DNA from: Octopus vulgaris
Taxonomy: Eukaryota
Assembly: GCA_951406725.2 (NCBI GenBank)
Contig: OX597822.1
Location: 10,292,001-10,356,000, forward strand
Length of the DNA: 64,000 bases
Direction of reading: 5' to 3'
Shown here: positions 12,948 to 26,910 of the stretch, one piece after another
Layout of the letters: each line of letters starts with the position of its first letter
Position numbering within the stretch: the first letter of the stretch is position 1
Notes under the pieces: generated by a model
Seen by the model: only the letters and a program-made list of their open reading frames with translations
What the model was told of the DNA's origin: nothing
Databases searched by the model: none
Program-made: the position numbers and the translations under genes

Positions 12948-13682
12948 TGGCAAAATGACCATTCCTAAATACAACAATATCTGTTTCAACACACGACTTC
13001 ACATAAAAAATCTTGCACAACAAATATTTAAACGTATATATATATATATATATAGATAGATAGATAGATAGATATAAATATTATATAGATATTATATAGA
13101 TATTTACACACACACATATCCACACATTATGACTGTATATGTGTATTCGTAAAGACTCTGTCATTATGGAAATGTCGTGTTCCTGATAATCCTGTCACAA
13201 GTAAAATTCTGTGCCACGAAATAGAATTCCCATCATTATCATGTTCACTGATTTAGATGAAACTAAGAAGTTAATAGAAAACAGGTTTTACGTTACGGCA
13301 AACTGATTTTTCAGGAACGGAATGTTTCCATAAGAGGCGTAATAACTTTATATTCCGTTTTCGTTTCTCCTTGAGTTCTACGTCTCTGTTTTTCTGTTGT
13401 AAAAAAATTGGTTTTTCCTTCTTCGTTTCTCGTTGAGTTCTACGTCTAGTTGTGGTGTCCTGTACTCACGTATATATATTTATATATGCATGTATATATA
13501 CATGTAGATGTAGGTACGTACATATATGTTTGTATGTATGTATGCATATATTTTATCTATTACACTATTGTTTGACAGCGCCTTCGCATCGGGTTCGTTT
13601 CGATTCGTTCGCTTCGTTCCGTTCTTCATTCTCCCAGTACTGTTTTATATGTATATATATATATATATATTATATATATATA

Positions 13683-13801
13683 TTAATTTAGAGATAGTTA
13701 GGCCCCTATCTCTCACCATATAAAAAAGAATATTTATTTTATTTAAAATAAAAATTATTTTTTATATGGTGAGACGTAGGGGCCTACTATATCTAAATTA
13801 A
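13683..13801. repeat. ~118 bp imperfect palindrome
   Basis: AATTTAGAGATAGTTAGGCCCCTATCTCTCACCATATAAAAAA ... TTTTTTATATGGTGAGACGTAGGGGCCTACTATATCTAAATT. Confidence 0.9.
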
Positions 13802-13873
13802 AATGTATTTCTCCATTGAGAATAACTTAAACCTCTGTTATGCCGGAATTTTTATTCCCTAACAAATAAAATT

Positions 13874-13960
<87 letters not shown>

Positions 13961-14589
13961 CGGAGATGTACTTGCATAGCAAGTTACCTGATCTGAGATC
14001 CTGGGCTGAAAAAACACAATTGCTGCATGCAAGGTTTTTATAAGTCATTTAAAACCACACAAAATCCGTTAGATTCACTTCAACACTAATGTCTAAATAT
14101 TTTCGTTCCTTTGAAACCGCGACTATTTCAGTGACAAAATTCTTTACTGCATCCCATATATGTATGTAAGTGTGTATGTATGTATGTATGTATGTATGTA
14201 TGTATGTATGTATGTATGTATGTATGCATGCATGTATGTATGTATGTATGTATGTGTATATACACACACACACATATATATATATATACACATATATGTA
14301 CATATACATACCTACATACATACGTACATACATATATACACACATACACACGAACACGCATACACACCCATATTATTTACTATGCAGTATATAAACTTCG
14401 GTCCAGTGGCTGGATTTATGGATGCGTACTTCTGCTTTTTCAGACAAAAGACCATTTTGCTGTGACTACATTGCACCCTTGTAAAATTCAGGGTAACAAG
14501 CTGCCCCCGAAGCAATTTCAATCAACCACTTAACTCCACTCTTTACTGAGTTCTTCTCTGGAATTATTAGTCACGTTGCCCAACAACCG

Positions 14590-14830
<241 letters not shown>

Positions 14831-14843
14831 CCTGTCTGTCTAC

Positions 14844-14887
<44 letters not shown>

Positions 14888-14969
14888 GTGTATATGTGTG
14901 TGTCTTTGTGTGTGTGTTTTTATATATATATATATGTGTGTGCGTGTCTCTGCGTATGTGTGAGTGCTC

Positions 14970-15380
14970 TTTCGTTCTTATTCTTGGCCGTCATTGAACT
15001 ACGGCCATGTTGGGGCACAACATTGAAGGTTTTAGTCGGACAATTCTACGCCAGTAATTATTTTTTTTGAAATCCGGTAATTATTATGTCAGCAATATGA
15101 TGACCCACAAAGTTACAGGAACGTAAACAAACCTAGATCGGTTGTGTTGCGTTGTGAGAGCTGACACAAAACGCACGTGTGCACAAAGATGCACACGCAC
15201 ATATACACACACATATAAATATATGAGACGAGATTCCACATAGATTCCGTCTACCAAGTTCATACACAAGCCATTGCTCGTCCCGGGACTATAGTATAAA
15301 CACTTGGCAAATGTGTCACGCAGCGGAATTGAGCCGTAGCTCAGGCGGTTGAGAAGCGAATTTGTTTACCACACGGCCAA
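14970..15380 (-). mobile_element. SINE family A, diverged
   Basis: Reverse-complement similarity to family A (CCGTCTACCAA.TTCA, ACACTTGGCAAA, TTACCACACGGCCA). Confidence 0.65.
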
Positions 15381-16265
15381 AGTATATAAAAACACACACG
15401 CATACATTCGGACATACATAGCTACATACATACATATATACATACATACATACATACATACATGCATACATACATACATACATACATACATACATACATA
15501 CATACATACATACATACATACATACAAACATATAAGAGCACGTCTAGATATGCAACTAGAGAACACATACATAAAACAAAACCTACAAATCTGCACATAC
15601 ATACACAAATACATACATACATACATATATACATATATACATACATGCATGCATTCATACATACATACATACATACATACATACATACATACATACATAC
15701 ATACATACATACATACGTACATACATACAAATAAAAATACTCTGATGTTGAAATTCCAATGAAGGAGCCTTGGATCTAGGTTAGAAACCGGCTCTTTCTC
15801 TATTGGTAAGAAATCTTGAAATAAAACTGAATAATGACATGAGTATGCACAAAAAAATGTATAACATAAAGGAAACGAGGATGGAATACTCATAACTGAA
15901 ATAGCGCTGTTTAAATAATATTATTTTCTGGTTAGGCACAACGCCCTAAGTTTTTAGGGGAACAGATCCAGTTGATTAGATTGACCCCAGTACGCAACTG
16001 GTACTTAGTTTATCGACCCCGAAAGTAGGAAACATCTACACAATACACCACAATTTCATAGATTAAAAATAAAGAGAGATATTATAGAACGCATAAATTT
16101 AAGAGGATTCAGAATAATTAAAATGTAAACAAGAGAATGTGTTTGCAATTTCATTCAAACTTAAATATCGAACTTAGAACGACGGTGGTTAAAGTCGAAG
16201 AAAAATAGATATACCCTAACGGTAACAATAACGAGAGTAACAACAGCTAAAAGAAAGGAAACATT

Positions 16266-16302
<37 letters not shown>

Positions 16303-16776
16303 CGGTACATTTAGCACCGTGCCTCCCAGAACACAAGGGAGATTTCAGGCGGATTAACCAGGTCGATGTTTATAGCGGAAACCGTTCTTTGAATATTTAT
16401 TATAAATGTCACACTGGTGTCTCCATTTTAGATCTTTTGTTTGTCAATTTAGCGAACATCGGTGGACCTGAAGGTCTCGAGTCAAACCAATTGAGCGCTA
16501 GGTTAAGCCTTCTGCCGATTAGAAATACAGAAGGGGTGTTGTATACGCATGTGTACATGTACATGTATGTATATATTCATATATGCATTGGCGTTTATAT
16601 GTACCCACACGGATATGTATATGTGTGTGTATATATATATATATATATATGAATAACTGCATAACAGCATCTATGTCGACACATATATGAATATTTATCT
16701 ATCCACACGAAGTTCATGTATCTACGAGTGTGAAGATATAACTTCTTAAATACATGAAGGTACGCACACACACACA

Positions 16777-16827
<51 letters not shown>

Positions 16828-17665
16828 ACACACATATATATATATATATACATAAAGAGAGAGAGAGACAAAGAGATAGATATGTGTGTGTATATATATA
16901 TATATATATGTTGCTTTTTGTGCCTTCATAAATATGCATACGAACTGTGTATGTGTATGTGCCACGTGGTGTGCTGGTGGGGGTGGGATGGCGTAATTTG
17001 GCAAAGTGTAGATGTAATTTCAATATCATAGATGAATTAACGGTGTACAATAGCTTATCAAGGAAGAGCGCATATCGACATACAGGTAGACTCCATTTGG
17101 GCATTATCTAAAAGAGATGGAGTGTAAGAGCGTGTTTATGGGTTTTTGTGTGTGTGTGAGTTTTGTGCGTGTGTCAAATATCTATATCAACATATATGTA
17201 TGTGTAAATATGTATATATGTATATATATATCTATAGATATATAGACTGATACATAGAGATATATACATGTATGTATGTACATATATATATATATATAAT
17301 AATAATAAATATAAATATTAATAATAAATATAAATATAAAGACAAAACCACTATTATGCAAAGAAAGACTTAATCCAATACATAAAAAATTTTATATAAT
17401 TATTGTCTCTAATTAATATTATTATATATATATATATATACAAATAGAAATACAAAATGGCTGACGGTTAGTAAGGAGAGACACAAGTAAGTGAGAAGAA
17501 AACAAAGGACCACTGATGCGGTCACAGGAGTGTGACGAAAGAACTTTGGCCGAAATAAGATTAAGATTAATGTAAAAAATAAATATCACTGAAGCAAAAT
17601 AACACCAAATATATAGTGCGTGTGTTTTTATTGGCTAAACTGGCAATATGACCATTCCGAAATAT

Positions 17666-17780
<115 letters not shown>

Positions 17781-17789
17781 GTATGTATG

Positions 17790-17823
<34 letters not shown>

Positions 17824-18294
17824 GTTGCACTTGGTTCTTCAAGCAGTAGGAAGAACTGTTAGCAGTGGTTGATATTGATTCTGAACTTACTGAAGTGCCT
17901 AGAGTTTCATAGCAAGGCACTTCAGTATTTCGATAAATGCATCAGAACAGAAATATAATTTCTGTCTCACTCCACTGTTAATGCCCCCTAACAAATAATT
18001 ATACACACACACACACACCAATGTACAACAGTGATCAGATGGACCAAATTTATGTGGGTATTTGTGATTCGATTGCTCCATGATCCTTACATCCATTTTT
18101 TCCACTTTTGATTCCATCCCGAAAACATTATTTTATCCGAAACATCAATACTTTACGTTCTTATGATCATCAGAGACATACTTGTAACCGAGACAGTTTG
18201 GTATGTTGTTGTTGTTAACATTTTCTCAGGAGAAGGTATTTCCTCTCTCTCTCTCTCTGCACACACGTACTATACATTTCATTTATACGACACA

Positions 18295-18460
18295 TATATA
18301 CGACGAGCTCCTTTCAGTTTCCGTCTACCAAATCCACTCACAAGGTTTTGGTCACGAGGTTCTAGTAGAAGACACTTAGCCAAGTTTCCACGCAGTGGGA
18401 CTGAACCCGAACCCACGTGGTTGCGAATCAAGCTTCTTACCACACAGCCACGCCTGTGCC
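18295..18460 (-). mobile_element. SINE family A, 5' half
   Basis: CTTTCAGTTTCCGTCTACCAAATCCACTCACAAGG...CCACGCAGTGGGACTGAACCCG...CTTACCACACAGCCAC. Confidence 0.8.
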
Positions 18461-18466
18461 TCTGTG

Positions 18467-18561
<95 letters not shown>

Positions 18562-19179
18562 TCATAAAATGGCGTATGTGTATACACGTATATATCCAAA
18601 TACATACATCTATTTTTTATATACAGTTTTGAGTGTGCATGTATGCGCATAATTATTACTGTGCACATGCCCCTATGCAACTAGCAATACACGACACATC
18701 GGAACTGTTTACTTGCTTATCTGTAAGAGATTTAATATGAATATATAACGCCATTATGTGTGCTGCTCCACGCGTGTCAAAGGTTGCATAATTAATGCAC
18801 TTTTGCACGTGCATGCGTAGGTCGTATGTGGACCTGAACCGTAATACTGATTGGTGGAACTTAATATTTATTTATTATTGATATCATTTTCTGTACATTG
18901 TATCATTGTTTTATTTTCAGGTTTTATGACTAATTGGATGTCTAAGACAGGTGGTTTATTTGTAAGCCTCTGGTCTATCAACCTAGGGGACGTAACTAGA
19001 TATGTGCAAAGCTCCACCAATTCAACCAGCCTATCGCCATTTTCACCACGACCACCAGTACGACGATGACGACGACGACTTCGACCAGCACCGCCGCCGC
19101 CATCACCTCCGCCACCATCAACAACAACGAAAAGAAATAGAATATGGACAAAAAATAAGAAAAGATGATAAAGAAGAAC

Positions 19180-19410
19180 TAGAAGTCGAAGAAGAAGAAG
19201 AAGAAGAAGAAGAATGAAGAAGAAGAAGAAGAAGAAGAATGAAGAAGAAGAAGAAGAAGAAGAATGAAGAAGAAGAAGAAGAAGAAGAAGACGAAGAAAA
19301 AGAAAGAAGGAAGAAGAAGAATTAGAAGAAGAAGAAAGAAGAAGAAGAAGAAGAAGAAGAAGAAGAAGAAGAAGAAGAAGAAGATGATGATGATGATGAT
19401 GATGATGATT

Positions 19411-19442
<32 letters not shown>

Positions 19443-19663
19443 AATGAAAGAGAAAAATATGAAGAAGAAAAAGATGTCGAAAAAGAAAAAGCAGTTGATC
19501 TTGTTGGTGATGATAATCATGTCGAAGGGGAAGAAGAGGAGGGTGATGACGATAACGATGATGATGATGATGTCAATAGCAACGAACGCGTGGAGGTAGA
19601 AGATGAGGAAGGGCAGGAGGAGGAAAAGAGGATCGTGATGCAGCTTCAGCACGATCACAACTC

Positions 19664-19712
<49 letters not shown>

Positions 19713-19875
19713 AGTATTAATAATTATACTAAATGTTTCTAAAAGTCAGTTAATAATCGTTCGTTACAGATTAAAGAAGAAGAAGAAGAAGAAGACGAAG
19801 AAGAAGACGAAGAAGAAGAAGAAGAAGAAGAAGAAGAAGAAGAAGGAGGAGGAGAAGAAGAAGAAGAAGAAGAAG

Positions 19876-19907
<32 letters not shown>

Positions 19908-20020
19908 CATCAACAAGAACAATCAGTCTAAAGGAAATCAAAAATAGCAAAAGCATCAACAACAACAAAACAACTAGAAACAAGAACAACAACAACGACA
20001 ACAACAACAGTAACAATAAT
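19180..20020. repeat. Compound (GAA)n/(GAT)n/(CAA)n trinucleotide array
   Basis: Direct reading. Confidence 0.95.
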
Positions 20021-20448
20021 CTTGATAATAATTGGTAAATATTTCCTCGAGTTTTCACTGTGCAAGTTCTCATAGTGATTGTGACTGCGGTGAGATTAAG
20101 ATCAAAGGACGCTGGTTACCTTTGTTTAAACATGACCAGAACGGAGTTGAACAGAAACTGAAAAACGATGAAATTTCTCTTCAACCTAATGGGAAATAAA
20201 AGATTTTAATATTGTCAAAACCAGGAAGGATTAATTTATGTTTCACTGTTACATAGAACTCTCGTGGGGTTCCATTTATTTATACTCATTACTCCTTATT
20301 TTATTGATTCTTAACACGATTTCTTTCCTTCTTTCTCTCACTTTAACATTTTGCCTTCTCTCTCCTTACCACGTTTTATTTTAGATATCTATCAGTCAGT
20401 AAGATTGTCTGACAATTTCCATCTCCTCTGTCTATCTGTCAAGCTATC

Positions 20449-20480
<32 letters not shown>

Positions 20481-21194
20481 TATATATATTATGAAACAAA
20501 AGTATATCAATACCATCCGTCTATCTTTCTTATATATATGTATATATATATTTTTTTCGGTTACTTGTTTTGGTCATTTGATTGCGGTCACGCTGGAGCA
20601 CCGCCTTTAAGCCCAGCAAATTATTATTTATAAACCTAGTACTTATTTTCTCGAGCTCTTTTGCCGAACCACTAAGTTACGGGGACGTAAAAACAAGAGC
20701 AGAGGTTCTCAAGCAAGTGATGATGGCAAACAAACACAGACATGCACACACGTGTATGTGTGTATATATATATATATGTATATACACACGTACATATATC
20801 TGACCGCTCTGTAGAACGAAATATCTAATCGTTTTTAGCCTTGTTCCTCAGCGTTTCTAAACTAGATATAACAAAATAACATTGAAGTATTGAGATCGAT
20901 ATACTCGACTCTTCCCATGACTCCCACATTCGTGTAGCAGTTTGTCTATATTATAAAACGCAATGAGAAATCATTATAAATCATATGGTGTCACTGAGAG
21001 CAATAACTGGTTGATATTAACAGAATTTAGGTACTAGTAACCCCTGGAAGTTCTACGCAAGTTTTCATTTCAGGTCATTCTAAAAGTACAAATATACTTC
21101 TCTATCGAACGGCTTTTGTCCAGAACGATCTGCTCTTTCAATCCTCACAGCAACCAGAACCCTGATAACACCCATAAACTATATTTGACACATG

Positions 21195-21250
<56 letters not shown>

Positions 21251-21276
21251 CATACACACACATACATATATACATA

Positions 21277-21325
<49 letters not shown>

Positions 21326-21368
21326 GGGGGAGAGTTCACGAAAAAAAAAACAAATAACGAATACAGGT

Positions 21369-21411
<43 letters not shown>

Positions 21412-21461
21412 GAAAGAATGGAGTCGAACAATAAACATAGGATAATTCATTCACCTACTTA

Positions 21462-21531
<70 letters not shown>

Positions 21532-21703
21532 TAGATAGATAGATAGATATAGATATACATACATACGTACATATACATACATACATACTTACATATATAT
21601 CTGAGCGTTTTTTGAAATGACATATCTAACTATATATATATATATATATATAAGTATATAGGTACTTATCTGTATATATATATATATATATATATATAGA
21701 TAC

Positions 21704-21754
<51 letters not shown>

Positions 21755-23048
21755 CGTATATATATATAAATGTGTGTGTGTGCGCGCGTGTGTATGTATA
21801 TACACACACACTCACACACACATATTGGCCTCCTGCTCGTGTCCAGCTCCTAACCCTCGTCTACATAACAATGTGTTGCACGTGAGTCTGTGTGTGCGAT
21901 CGCATCAGTACCGTCGGTAAATACGTGGGCATCTTCTCCGTTATCTTTCCTAGTTCGCCTCAAAGACAATTTTGGCGGAAATTTTATTTTTGTTCTTTTC
22001 TCTATTTTGTTAAATTATATTTGAAGGCTTTTCTAGGAGAAAAGTTCATCGCTAATCCGGCTACCGCCTCTCCCGCTAACACCACAACAGCTTACCATCT
22101 CCGAGGCTCTTCCATACCATTGCTATAACACAGTTTCCTCTTTTACAATAACAAGATGAAACAAAAACTATAAAAAACATAGGGCAAAAAAACATTAAAA
22201 AATAACGAACTAAGCAACAAACGACAACCAGATCCTTTTAAAATGTATACACTCTTACCACACACACACACATACACACACATACACACGCAGACACACA
22301 TACACACACACAGTATCTCTCTCTCTCTCTCTCTCTCTCTCTCACGCACACGGAAAGAAAAGTGGGGAAATCCCATCTCCCCCCCTACAATCCTTCCTTA
22401 GGATTTACATACGCGGTCGTACATCAGGCAAACAAAAAATGGAGACCAACAACAACAGCAACAGTATCCACGGCAACAACAACAACTATTGCAATATAAA
22501 AAGGAAAACAAACGAGAAACGTCCATGGGGTATTGTGTTTCGTCAGTTCTGTTAGTAGTAGTCTTAAGAGATTAAAGCAAAGAAATATTAAATGAAGCCT
22601 GACAACATTTGAGAAGAGCGTGATTTTGACAAAACCGACATTTTGAAAAAAAAAAAAAAAAAGAAGCGGATAAATGGAATAAGAAAAAAATAGAAAAAAT
22701 AAAAGTCAATGAGGGAAATTAAATAAACAAAAGCAAAGAGTAACGACCAAATAATAGAAATGATTCGTTTTCGTCAAACAACTTCATCAAACAGCTATTA
22801 AAACAGCAGATCAAAGAGTCCGACAGTTTTCATGAATTTACAGGCGCGCAGACTTTTTATTGTGTATACGTGTATGTATGTATGTATGTATGTATGTATG
22901 TATGTATGTATGTATGTATGTATGTATGTTTTTATACATAAATGCATACGTACACACGCACACATACAAATTTATATACATTAATATACTCGATTATATG
23001 TAATTTATGAAGGTATAAATTTAAGTAAATATATCGAAGAATAATGCG

Positions 23049-23292
<244 letters not shown>

Positions 23293-23469
23293 TGCGATAT
23301 AAATGCATTCATACGACAAGGGAGGCGGTGGTGTAGAAAGATTCTGAGAACGAAAGATGAGACAGAAATATTGTATTCCTTAAGCTTTTGAAGCTAACAG
23401 AGCTGATGTTTTTGCCATCTGTCTTCCAATCTTTGACAGTTTTGTCGATTATTATTGCTGCTGTTGCCG

Positions 23470-23500
<31 letters not shown>

Positions 23501-24118
23501 AACAAATACAACAACTACTACTACTAATTTTTGTAGGTTGTATTTTCTTTTTGTCAAATGCTACTCGAACAGGATTTGAACCTGAATCAATCAATATCTT
23601 ACCGTGATATATAAAACACGAAAAAGACAATGTCAAATCCGCTCCTCCATTTCCTGTGATCTCGATAAAGCATTCCATTGATTTTAGGAAAGACAATAGA
23701 TCAATCTGAATGAAACTGAAAATCGGGACTGACGGCTTCCATATTAGAGCTATTGTCTCTGGTATCTTTAAACTACTATACAATACAGGGACTGCTACCT
23801 GTTCGCTAAAATTGCTAGAAATAGCAGCCTAGTCTTTTAAATAAATCCCTTATTGTCTTAAAGAAAGTACACGCAGAATAATATTATCCTATCTGAAAAA
23901 CAACTAAAGTGTTATTTTGATCCGAGGTGTATTTGAGGAGATCTGACTTACGATTAAGAAACTACAATAACAAAGACGCCGGAGAGATATCAACCAGCAA
24001 GACTTTGTGGAATCCAATCCTTACACTTCAAAACCTGGTTTCTAGTCAGTTCTTCCTCACAAAATAAGATCTAGTACGAATGTCTGCAATTTACTCCGAA
24101 AGGATATAAAGTTGTCAA

Positions 24119-24218
<100 letters not shown>

Positions 24219-24641
24219 TGTGCATATAAGAGGGATAACCTGTAAGTGGACATCCATTATGCTACAAGAAGATCCGCTATAGCCTTACCACTAAGAAAGA
24301 AATGTTCTCAAGAAAATTTATCAAATGCCAGGACGTAAGCGAGCAAGACAAACAAAAAGATACAAAATATAGATTAATCACAAACAAGATTTCGTTGTTA
24401 TCGCTTACGTAATCATTTACATAATTATCCGCAACTCATCAGTGTTATCGTCTTTGCAACTATATAAATATATATATAGATGTTTTGACTCTTATTTCTA
24501 GCAAAGCTCGAGCCAATTTGCATCCTTAGTCACTTTAGAAATGATTGTACTTGCGCTTTTGGTTGTAAATTGCGAATAGCTACTTTAATAACGATATATA
24601 TACATACATACAGACATACATATACATATACATACACACAC

Positions 24642-24692
<51 letters not shown>

Positions 24693-24697
<5 letters not shown>

Positions 24698-25198
24698 ATT
24701 CCCTAAATGAGATATAGACAGTGACTGCTCCATAATATAAGGGATATTAGCCAACTGAATATGGCTAGGGACAGGGCAGGGTGGTGGGGGTGTCACTGTT
24801 GCATTTAGCCCCAGGCGAACATCAACGTCACCAGATAGGCCGACGCCATCACGTGCAAGAGTCACTGTCTATATCTCATTTAGAGAATTATTATTGCTGT
24901 CGAACAGATTTTCGAAATCAGTAAATGTATTTACTTGAAAATCTTTATATATATCTTGCACGGTTGGTCGTTCATCGAGAAGCGATGCCTACCACACGTT
25001 GATAATAGGCAATACACCTTGAAACCTAGGTCCGTGTGTGGTATCCGCTTCATGGTGAATGATCTCCCTTTGCAAGATAGAGGACGCCGTGATGGCGTCG
25101 GCCTATCTGGTGACGTTGATGTTCGCCTGGGGCTAAATGCAACAGTGACACCCCCACCACCCTGCCCTGTCCCTAGCCATATTCAGTTGGCTAATATC

Positions 25199-25204
<6 letters not shown>
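24693..25204. repeat. Interleaved inverted-repeat element in (TA)n; related partial copy at 41148-41248
   Basis: About 24693-24726 is inverted to about 24859-24893; about 24736-24853 is a near-perfect inverse of about 25088-25204. Confidence 0.9.
24991..25042 (+). ncRNA. Minimal type-I hammerhead ribozyme-like motif (U3-A8 core)
   Basis: CACACG-UUGAUAA-U AGG caauaca CCU U-GAA-ACCUAGGU-C-CGUGUG: 6-bp stem I, 3-bp stem II, palindromic stem III, GUC triplet. Confidence 0.7.
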
Positions 25205-25254
<50 letters not shown>

Positions 25255-25453
25255 GATCGTTAGCTCCTACACGCATTTTTTTCTCTCTTTGTTTCTCTCC
25301 TTGTTTCCTTTCTGTGTATCTTTCTGTTGAAGAGCGTAGGCTCGAAACGTAAAAGGCTTGTTTTATTTCTATTCCTGAGCGCCATACTAATACAATTGTT
25401 TGTTTGTATTCCACCTGCCTTCGTCTTTTGTTTATTTTCGTAAACCTTCCCGT

Positions 25454-25550
<97 letters not shown>

Positions 25551-26122
25551 ACTTACATACACATATGAGTTTGCTTGATTGCAAAAATATATGTAGATGT
25601 GCGTATATATGTATATTAATATACACACATGTATACATTAAGAGATACATATGAGTGTGTTTACCTGTGTGAGTGTATGCGGGTGTATGAGTGTTTTAGG
25701 TTGAGAGTGTGTGTGTGTATGTGATGGTGTGTCTGTGCGCGTGTGTATGTATACGTATGTACCAGCGTTTATGTGTGGGTACATATTTTTGCGCGATAGT
25801 GTATGTTTAAAAAATGTGTGTGTGTATGTGTGTGTGTGTATGTGGGTGTGTGTGCAATAAGTAGAAAGCAAAACCCGAAAATGACATTTGAAAAGGAGAT
25901 AAACGAAAAATAATTCTAATTGTTTCTCGAGCATGATGTGAAGTAACAGAAATTTTGGTATGTATACATAGATACATACATAAAACACACACACACACAC
26001 ACGTAAATATATAGATATATACATACAACCATGCACACAACACACCGTGTATATAATATATGTATATACCAATCTATCTTGCTAATTATCTATGCCTCAC
26101 TCCTATATTGTCACATTTCATG

Positions 26123-26174
<52 letters not shown>

Positions 26175-26260
26175 AATACATATACATCTATATATATATA
26201 ATGTATGTATGTATGCCTGAGGAACAGAGCTTCAGACATGTATATATATGTGTGTGTGTG

Positions 26261-26314
<54 letters not shown>

Positions 26315-26493
26315 GTGTATATATGTATATGCTATATTATTGCTATTCCTTTTCCTAGGACGGTGAGTCCAGATTCGAGAGAGATTTATCGGCTGTTTCT
26401 TATCGATCAAACGACAACGTAGAGGCTCCTTTCTTGAGTAGGATATAATGTAAGTGTTATTATCTAGTCTGTGAAGGTGATTCCTCCAGTGAT

Positions 26494-26771
26494 TAGCGTT
26501 TTTCAACCGGCGTTCTCCGGAACCCTAGGGTTCCGTACAAGGTTCCAAGGGTTTCCCCGAGAAGGAGTGAGATAAACTGATGCTAATTTCATGATCGTGA
26601 TATTACTATACATGCACAATGTACTATTTATTGGTTACTGTAATATTGTAATATAGATATCATCCTATCTAACCTATTATGTTATCAAAACAATATAACA
26701 ACCATATATCTATATATATATATATGATATTTACCACATGAACTACAATGAAAAATATGTGAGAAGGATAT

Positions 26772-26842
<71 letters not shown>

Positions 26843-26910
26843 GCAGAGGTTCCTTGAGACATGTAACTAATTTTAAGGGTCACGCAAGGGTGAAAAGGCT
26901 GAGAAGCATT
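26494..26910. mobile_element. hAT-type non-autonomous DNA transposon (decayed)
   Basis: Left end TAGCGTTTTTCAACC...GGAACCCTAGGGTTCC; right end AAAAGGCTGAGAAGCATT, degenerate versions of CAG.GTTT.TCAACC TIRs. A lone similar right end lies near 50870-50905. Confidence 0.6.

Noticed and set aside
15745-15835. Hammerhead-like look of AATGAAGGAGCC...AGAAACCGGCTC, with an inverse copy near 42795-42865
   Set aside because: The core does not fit YUGANRA in either copy and stem I cannot be drawn; kept only as an unclassified repeat.
19002-20073. Poly-K, E, M, L and F ORFs
   Set aside because: Trinucleotide repeat arrays with no domain content or splice support.
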